This document shows positions 56,182 to 64,000 of a stretch of DNA of 64,000 nt, in pieces (position 1 is the first letter of the stretch; each line of letters starts with the position of its first letter). A model generated the notes under the pieces. That model was not told the origin of the DNA and did not search any database. It was given only the letters and a program-made list of their open reading frames with translations. The DNA comes from Eledone cirrhosa (taxonomy: Eukaryota), in contig OZ024745.1 in the NCBI GenBank assembly GCA_964016885.1, positions 57,722,001 through 57,786,000 on the forward strand, given 5' to 3'. Position numbers and translations under genes: made by a program.

Positions 56182-58586
56182 ACATACACGTATATATTAT
56201 ACTGAATTTAAATTTGATTATAACTTCAGTAATTGCTACTATATTTGTACTAATGACAGGCATATATTATATTAACATCAGAATAGGAGTGCTGGTAATA
56301 CCCAGCTGATCAACTACTAAAAAATGTACCATTAAATAATTCTGGAAATCCTAACCTTAGAAAAAAAATTTGTGTACAATTTGTGACTGCAGTATTCGGG
56401 GGAGGAAATAAACCTCCTTTTAATATGTTACATATATATAATTGATCGTGAGAATCTCTCTAAGTGTTTTGTAAAATAATATCCATAGAGAATGAAACAC
56501 AATACGCTGTCCGGTTCAGGAACTGAACACATAACCTTATTATCATGAATTCAACATCTTAAACTCTAGGCCACTTGCTTCTACGAGTTTGAAAGATGTT
56601 GGAAACCCAAACACAAATTTCAATATATTCTCTCAAGTGCAATCCCAGAGATATCATAAATATTCAATGAATATCTAAGTAAAGCAATGTAAATGCTTGA
56701 CAAAAAGGATATGTACCACATAATAAGGAAATTCATTAAGTTCACTTACACAATAACAATGCATTATACATTACGATGATTTCCATTGTCTATATGAGGC
56801 ATAGTAACGTTTTTGTAATGCAAATTGTATATTTAATAAGAAAATATTCATTATATTCCTAACTTAACAAATACAGTTGGATGACATCGTGTCCAATTAG
56901 AGGATAGTTTATTGATCATTTATTTAAGTACCCCATTTTATGCCCGGTAATAATATCAGAGGACGTTTTGTGGGATGAATTATTACGCAGTCAATTGAAT
57001 GTCAGAAACATTCAAATATATTCACAATACTCTCCAATCGTGTATGATAATAATCTGGATCGGTACATTAATTATAACTGAATCAAATCTTAATATAGTT
57101 ACCCATAAAAATATTTTTAAAATGTAGCAGCGTAATCTTAAGGTATTTACTGTTTATAATGGATCCTTTGTGTTAGTGTAAGCATAAGGTATTGTATGCC
57201 TTCAAATATTTGATTTGAATATATGTGTTGATTGATCTTGCATATATTGGTGTTAGTGTTTGGTCTTCTATGTTAGACCAGGTTAGATATTTGGCGCTTT
57301 ACCAATCTGATCTTTTGTTAAGAAAATTTCTCAGGGACAAAAACTAGAAAGTTATTTGTAATTTCTTGCACAGACGATGATCACGTTAACTGAGCGAATA
57401 TACGTATGATCAAATTTATTCTAATCATAATAATACCATATTTTATTATAATATCCCGCACTATGCTATCTTATGAGTATCATTCCAATTTAGGATAGGA
57501 CAGTTAATTGACAGCAATATGACTGCTATTTCTAGCAGTTGAACATATTATGTAGAATCCCCCCCCCCCCCCCCCATTGGAGAAGATGATACAGATAGAC
57601 ATATAATCTACATATAATTAGTAGTCGCGTATTACATGAATTTGAACAAATACATCTTTCATTATAAAGGAGATTATAGACAATCATGTACAATCTATTT
57701 GCGTACTGTTTCTATGACCGTGTGTTGTTAAATATAACTAACATTTAGAAACAGGTACCCTCGTTAAAGAATGGGGAATCCATAATTGGAGTGCAATATT
57801 TCTTATACAAAATGTCTTTGTATACACACTATTGTTCCTAAATACAATTGACGCAGTCTCACTACGGCCTGCTTGTTGGGCATTCATACGAATATCTGCC
57901 TCATCTAAATTTAAGCTAATTGGACAAGGAAATGTATTTCAGCAGAAAAATACAATTTCCGTTTCGACTGCTGAAGGAATATTGGTAAGAATTATATCAA
58001 TATTCCAAATAAACTCACGTTAATTCAAGTCCTTTCTTTATATTGATGGAGATAAGATAAAAGACGTGGATTGCCGTAGTACAATTGATTAAACAGGATA
58101 TGAAGCAATATTCTTCTGTCAATGTGAGCGGAACTGATTGAAAAGTTATGAGCACAGTTTGTAAGAGATTCCGCAATCAGAGATCAACCTCCTCGCTAAA
58201 CTGATTTTAATATAAATTGGTAATTATATATAATTTGACTTAGACATGAAAGTGAATTTAATTCTTTTTCAATATATTTTTCCTGGGTATACATAAATTG
58301 AACTGCTCAACTTCAATTTGATATCACTCTATTTTTTCATATTATTATTAATTTAATACACAGGATGGTGAAATGTATACGAAATATTACAAGCAATAGT
58401 GTTTGGTTTCAACTTCATTATACACGAATATAGCATGAATAAAGAATGCAAAATGATTTATAAAGTAATTAAGTCGAATCTCGATGGGAAAAATGCATAT
58501 AACAACCATACGTATATAAACAGGTTTCAAATTCTTTAATAAAATTAATATTATTGGAGGTATGGAAAAAAGTGTTGTGGAATTGT

Positions 58587-58792
58587 GCGGTGGATTGACA
58601 GTATGGCAAGAGCGTCAAACATCCTTTGCCGTATATAGTTATGTCCCTTTAGGTTCTGAGCTCAAATCTTGCCAGGGTTAGTTTGACTTTCCTCCTTACG
58701 AGGTCGATAAAATAAAGTACCAGTAACGCAGAAGTTAACTTTGATTTCTTCCTTACGAGATCGATAAAACAACGTACTGCTAACGCACTGGT
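58587..58792 (+). mobile_element. SINE with internal duplication of the central domain
   Basis: CCTTACGAG.TCGATAAAA..A.GTAC occurs twice in tandem. Confidence 0.8.
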
Positions 58793-58831
58793 TTATGTAT
58801 TCTGAGATAAACACTATTTTCCGCATGATAT

Positions 58832-58982
58832 TTGCTGTTTTTGTGTGTGGTGTGGGTGTGGTGTTGCTGTTTGTGGTAATGGTGTTTATGGTGGTGTGAT
58901 GCATGTATTGGTGGTGTCATATTCAATAAGAAGATACATACATAGACACACTTAGTCTGACAAATACGTTGTATGCATACAC

Positions 58983-59052
<70 letters not shown>

Positions 59053-60377
59053 TAGAGATGGCGTTGTACAAATAAATATGCTTACACACAGACACATGCC
59101 TTGTTTAGGGAGGGATGATATGTGTTGGTGATGTTAATGATTGTTGAAGTATGGAGATGTGCCTGGTGGTGGCGGTGGTGGAGTGTGCGAAAAAATATTT
59201 ACAGGATCGAATTTTACGATGGATTACAGGTTAAAACATTACATAGGGAACACGTGGAAAACAAGGTTGTTAATGAGGGATGGTTGACGTATAGCGATGT
59301 GTATGATGGTGGTGGTGGTGGCGATGGTGTGATATGTTCGACACTATATTTACAGGATCGGATGTTACGATGGTTTACGAGGTAAAACCTGACAGAGAGG
59401 ACAGATAGAACACAATGGTACTGAGATGAGGGGTGCATGGCGATGTGTCTTTTGGTGGGGTGATGGATGCGACATGATATTTACAAAATCTGAACTTACA
59501 AAAGGTTACATGTTATATAAAACAAATACACTAAGATGAGGGACGGTGTGGCAAGGCAAAAGTGGTTATCACTATGTGAGTCAGGGTTAGTGTCTGACCC
59601 TCGGCCGAATGCTTGTGCAAAGAAGGTTTTCAACCTGGTGTGTCTACAATTTATAATTATGTCAGACCTAGAGTTAATGGCAGATTTCAATTTAATGATC
59701 TCAGCCGCCTCGGTCAGGCATAACCTGCAGTGGTTTCTGTCACTGAAAAGGCTGGGTACATTGAGAAGATATCTTACAATGACCCAACTAGAACCGCGAC
59801 GCCGCTAAACCTAATCAGACCCTTAGAAACGAACATAGACGAGGACAGCACACCTAGAACAAATACACATGTGTATGTATACAACGTATTTGTCAGACTA
59901 AGTGGGTCTATGTATGTATCTCCTTATTGAATTTGACATCCGCAACACATGCATCACACCACCATAAACACCATTACCACAAACAACAACACCACACCCA
60001 CACCATTCACAAAAATCAGCCTCAACTACATGCCAATCTCTCTACCGACAACCAACATTCCCACACGACCGCCCACTTCAGCCTGCGACCGCCACCACCA
60101 TCTTATCACCCCCACCCCCAATATACACTACAGGCAAACACATCCCTATGAATTAATCCACCAATCAAAACAAACTTTATTGACCAACATATGAACTTCT
60201 GACTTTATGATACAGCATGTATTCATTTTCTACTAGCATTACAAGGGGTCCGACGAGCCGCAGATTACAGACTCGGTAAGATCGATACAGATTGAACCTT
60301 GAGCTGATCAGTGGCGAAACGCGCGTCACCAACCAATAAATGTAATGCAGGAGTAACCAATCGTCCTTGTTATCTTT

Positions 60378-60383
<6 letters not shown>
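58832..60383. mobile_element. PLE 3' fragment on minus (~59560-59795) with an inverted 3' copy ending in HHR family A
   Basis: HCRLCLTEAAEIIKLKSAINSRSDIIINCRH; inverted repeats 58832-58987 and 59864-60020; HHR at 60247-60330. Confidence 0.78.
60247..60330 (+). ncRNA. Hammerhead family A with 49-nt loop II
   Basis: GGT-CCGACGA-GCCGC-(49 nt)-GTGGC-GAAA-CGCGCG-TC-ACC. Confidence 0.75.
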
Positions 60384-60453
<70 letters not shown>

Positions 60454-60741
60454 TTATATGTGTGTATGTGTGTATGTTTGTTTATGTCAGGTTGCTCTTG
60501 AGTGCTACTGGTAACATGTAATCCAGTACAACTTGTCACATGGTTGGGTCGTCGGCGACTAAACCGGCAACCCCACCAAGTTTACTTGGTGAGGAGGGTG
60601 ATATTGGACACTCTGCAGGATAAAAAAGAAAACCTGACAAAGGGCGGAAGAACTCATAAAAGTCAACGGCCATCCAAAAGTGTGTAAATGTTTCTATGCA
60701 TATGTATATGTATATGCATATGTGCATGTGTATGTATATGC

Positions 60742-61108
60742 GCGGGGAAATAGAAATAGTCGGGCTGGATACCCGATCTCGTGGTTAAACTACTTGGAGT
60801 GAAGGACCCCTAGTCTTTGTCAGGGCATTCTTCTAGGAGAAGGCAACTCAGGAAACTGAGATAACTCTGATATAAAACCTGCGGCTAAGTATTTACCAAT
60901 GATGATGAGCTTTTATTCATTTCGTGTTATAGCTACTGTCGCTCAGAGAGTGGGATTGGCTCAGTGCACAGTCTTTCCTCACTTTAAAAATAAACTTCAC
61001 GCACAGGCATTGCACAATAGCATTAATTAGTAATTATTAATAATGTTATATCGTGCAATGACCATACTCAATAACGAGGCGGCAGCCATCATGTATGTAT
61101 GTATGTAT
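60742..61108 (+). mobile_element. Probable retroposon (RTE-related SINE or UTR) with (ATGT)n tail
   Basis: GC-richer island with CTTTGTCAGGGCA..CTAGGAGAAGG..AACTCTGA, recalled as RTE 5'-UTR-like; microsatellite tail. Confidence 0.4.
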
Positions 61109-62554
61109 TAATCAGACGGGGATACAGAGCGTGCATAAGGATTGAGATAATAAGTATTTCAATCTATAAATGTCTATGTCGGAATAATAAGTTTTTAGAT
61201 GTTTTTCCAGCGCAATTTTTTTAGATGTTTTTCCAGCCTAATTTTAGATCGGGAAGATGTTTTCTATAAAAGTATACAAATGTCCCTGCAAAATATGAAA
61301 TTACAATTACTGGAAAATACATGATATTCATTCCTTCTAAACACTCATTCACATATATCCCTTGTGAATTTAGAAAAGTTATGAAAAGAATGCTGATATC
61401 GTATTCAAAATACGACATCCCCTTTAGATTGTCACTATTCTTTCGGTTCAACCTTTAAGAAACATGATTTAATCATTGCGTTATATGGGGTAGTGAACGT
61501 TAACTTGGATGACTCTTAATATTTGTTAAGCATTATCAGCGAGTTGCTGGAAGTAAAACATTATTTGTAAACATAAATATTCATTTCGGTTTTGTTTTCT
61601 ATTCTCTCCTAACAGTTTCAACTTCAAATTAATATACTGTAAGGTTTCACACATCATAATACTTTAACAATTTAGTATTTTGTATTTTAGAATTTCAATA
61701 TCAATGTAAAATGAAAATAAACTCAAATATATACATCCAATTACGCTTCAATTTTCTCGTAAACCAATTTAAACACTCACATACATAATATTATTACAAT
61801 ATATAATCGCATAATGAAAAGACTTGCTCTATCTTTCAAATGTCAATTCCTCATGGAAAATTAAGAAAATGCCTATAATTTCATAATGAATAATAGCCTT
61901 CTACCTGATGTTAGCGATATTATTTCTATTCAATCATCTATATTAAATCCATTGTAGAACCTTTCGACTCAGCTATACATGCCGTCGTCAAAAAGAACTT
62001 GCTCGCCTTTATATACAAGTAGGAAATGTCTTGATCTAAATTTGGCTTTTTAGATTCATTATGTAAACAGTATTGAACTTAGACATTTTGCTCAATTTCA
62101 AAATGAAATATAACAGTTTGTGATTTCACATTATGTTTGCTAACGTTATAGAAATCTCTTTGGGAGGTCCTGAATAAAGTAAAATTTGATGTGAGAAATT
62201 ATGTAAAAATGGTGCGATTAAAATTAATATACAATATATCAGCAGCATGATGTGAATAGCATCTGTTCATACTAATTTCAAACAGCCCGTGGTGAAATCA
62301 CCTTGGCCGATAGATTGATAATCACCGTTTCATTTATTAATAATTCTGACACGACTCTTTACAACTGTTCCTGCGATAGCACGGTTAAATACATTTCCTG
62401 TGTTATTGGATTCAGAGAGAAATCATATTACATAAGTCTGCGTCAGCTTTTGTCGTACACACTCTCTCTTTCTCTCTCTATGTAAATATATATGTGTGTG
62501 TGTATATATATATATATATTTATACAAACACCACACAAGTATGTCGTATATATA

Positions 62555-62800
62555 GTTAAAAGAAGAGAGGTGTAACACACAAGTTATTATATATTGGTAA
62601 ACGGAATAGAAAATGCTGACAAATTGTTCATAGTTGAAAAATAGTTTAATTAGGAATAAAAGAGTATTAGTAATTGTATGGGTTAGTATTCAGTTGTGGT
62701 TTTAAGTTTTTTAATTTTTACCGGTTGCGCATTTCTAAATGCTTTTCAAAAATAATTTTGAGATAGAGTGTCCGTGTTGTTTGCTCTGATCTGATTAGTT
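62555..62800 (-). mobile_element. Non-palindromic copy of the 39812/55151 pLTR-like family
   Basis: Matches the left arms of both palindromes and continues past the fold-back point (GCTCTGATCTGATTAG). Confidence 0.88.
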
Positions 62801-62963
62801 TTGGGAATTCTACCTGTTTTTATGTTAAAAAAAGTGGCTCCAGCGTTACTTTGGTGTTGCAAAGATTCTTGTGGTCAAAACAATTTTGATTGGTCGGTAG
62901 AGGTCATGTGAATGTAAAAAATTGATTTTGCGCCAAGACTGAGAAATGACTCTTTCACAACAA

Positions 62964-63043
<80 letters not shown>

Positions 63044-63136
63044 TAGTAGTAGTAAAGTGTTCGATGTTGTGATAATGGTTAGCAGGGATGTGTGTGCGAA
63101 CCGCAGCCTGTTGACAGTTCAAATGGCTATTAAGAT

Positions 63137-63194
<58 letters not shown>

Positions 63195-63245
63195 GTGTGT
63201 GTGTGTGTATAGCAGAGTAATTCGTGGTAGCAGGACGGTCAGTAG

Positions 63246-64000
63246 GAATGGAGACACCATACCAAATCACTCAACTACTACGCGGATGCCTCATCGTCAA
63301 ACATAGGGAAAAGATACCACCACCATGATAGATGTAACAACTTCCCCGCTTCAAGGGGACAGCGAGGTAATTACCATTTTCTCAACTCTCGCTTCCACAA
63401 TACACAACAAACCCACACCACACGATACAACCAACAACGGAGGCCACTTATAACACCACAATACAACATGGCACATAGAAACACACACCCATACTCGCAG
63501 TACAGGAACACCCCATTCAATCTACAACCACCAACCCGAACCACATTTTACAACAACAAGGAATATAACAAACACAGGAGACCACTTAACATCAGCAGAC
63601 AACCCCTCTACCCCAACCATTTTTTAGACACAGCACACAGATAGAGGCAAACAAAATAACACAAGACAGGGAGGAGAAACCGATAGTAATAAAAAGTATC
63701 AATCTTACTAGTGCAGAACCAACACCCAACCTTATCAACTTACTCTCCAAAGGTCTTAAATTCACACCGACCCCACTACGTCCTAACTACTATGAAATGA
63801 AGGAAGACATCACAGACTTCTGTAGAAAGTTACGACTTAGTGAACAACTATTCGACCAGTACAATGAGGATGAATCATTAGCCAGAAATAGAAGCAATTA
63901 CACCCCTTCAAAAGGTAGACATAAAATCATGGACAAATTCTGTGAACACATCACAAACTTCCCTAACCAACACTTGCACAGACAAAAACACAAGCCAAAC
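63246..64000 (+). mobile_element. 5' part of a Neptune-like PLE, running off the window
   Basis: Open frame from 63569 to the window end: INLTSAEPTPNLINLLSKGLKFTPTP..EDITDFCRKLRLSE..RSNYTPS; upstream overlapping frame 63246-63644; follows a (TG)n tract. Confidence 0.85.

Overview
AT-rich, microsatellite-laden animal genomic DNA, most likely an octopod cephalopod (inferred from the dominant tRNA-derived SINE and the repeat landscape). No intact host gene is recognisable, and nearly all long ORFs in the supplied track are (TA)n/(CA)n artefacts. The window holds many decayed transposons: at least 7 Penelope-like element (PLE) fragments (RT/GIY-YIG), a Tx1/L1-type LINE plus an older relic of it, CR1, RTE and R4/Dong LINE fragments, a Helitron 3' end and about 15 copies of one SINE. 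The main signal is a dense set of type I hammerhead ribozyme (HHR) motifs: about 25 whole, partial or decayed motifs found by eye in about 12 sequence families. They lie in short PLE terminal-repeat (pLTR)-like modules that mostly abut (TA)n tracts, often as fold-back palindromes or inverted pairs. Several core variants recur (U3:A8 covariation, U4C, A13C, U10.1-U11.1, extra nucleotide after A9, 49-81 nt stem-loop II). One ORF-less 430-bp HHR unit looks like a retrozyme. A PLE at the right edge has two overlapping frames joined by an in-phase U-UUU-UUA -1 slippery site. All structures were read by eye and none was computed or tested.
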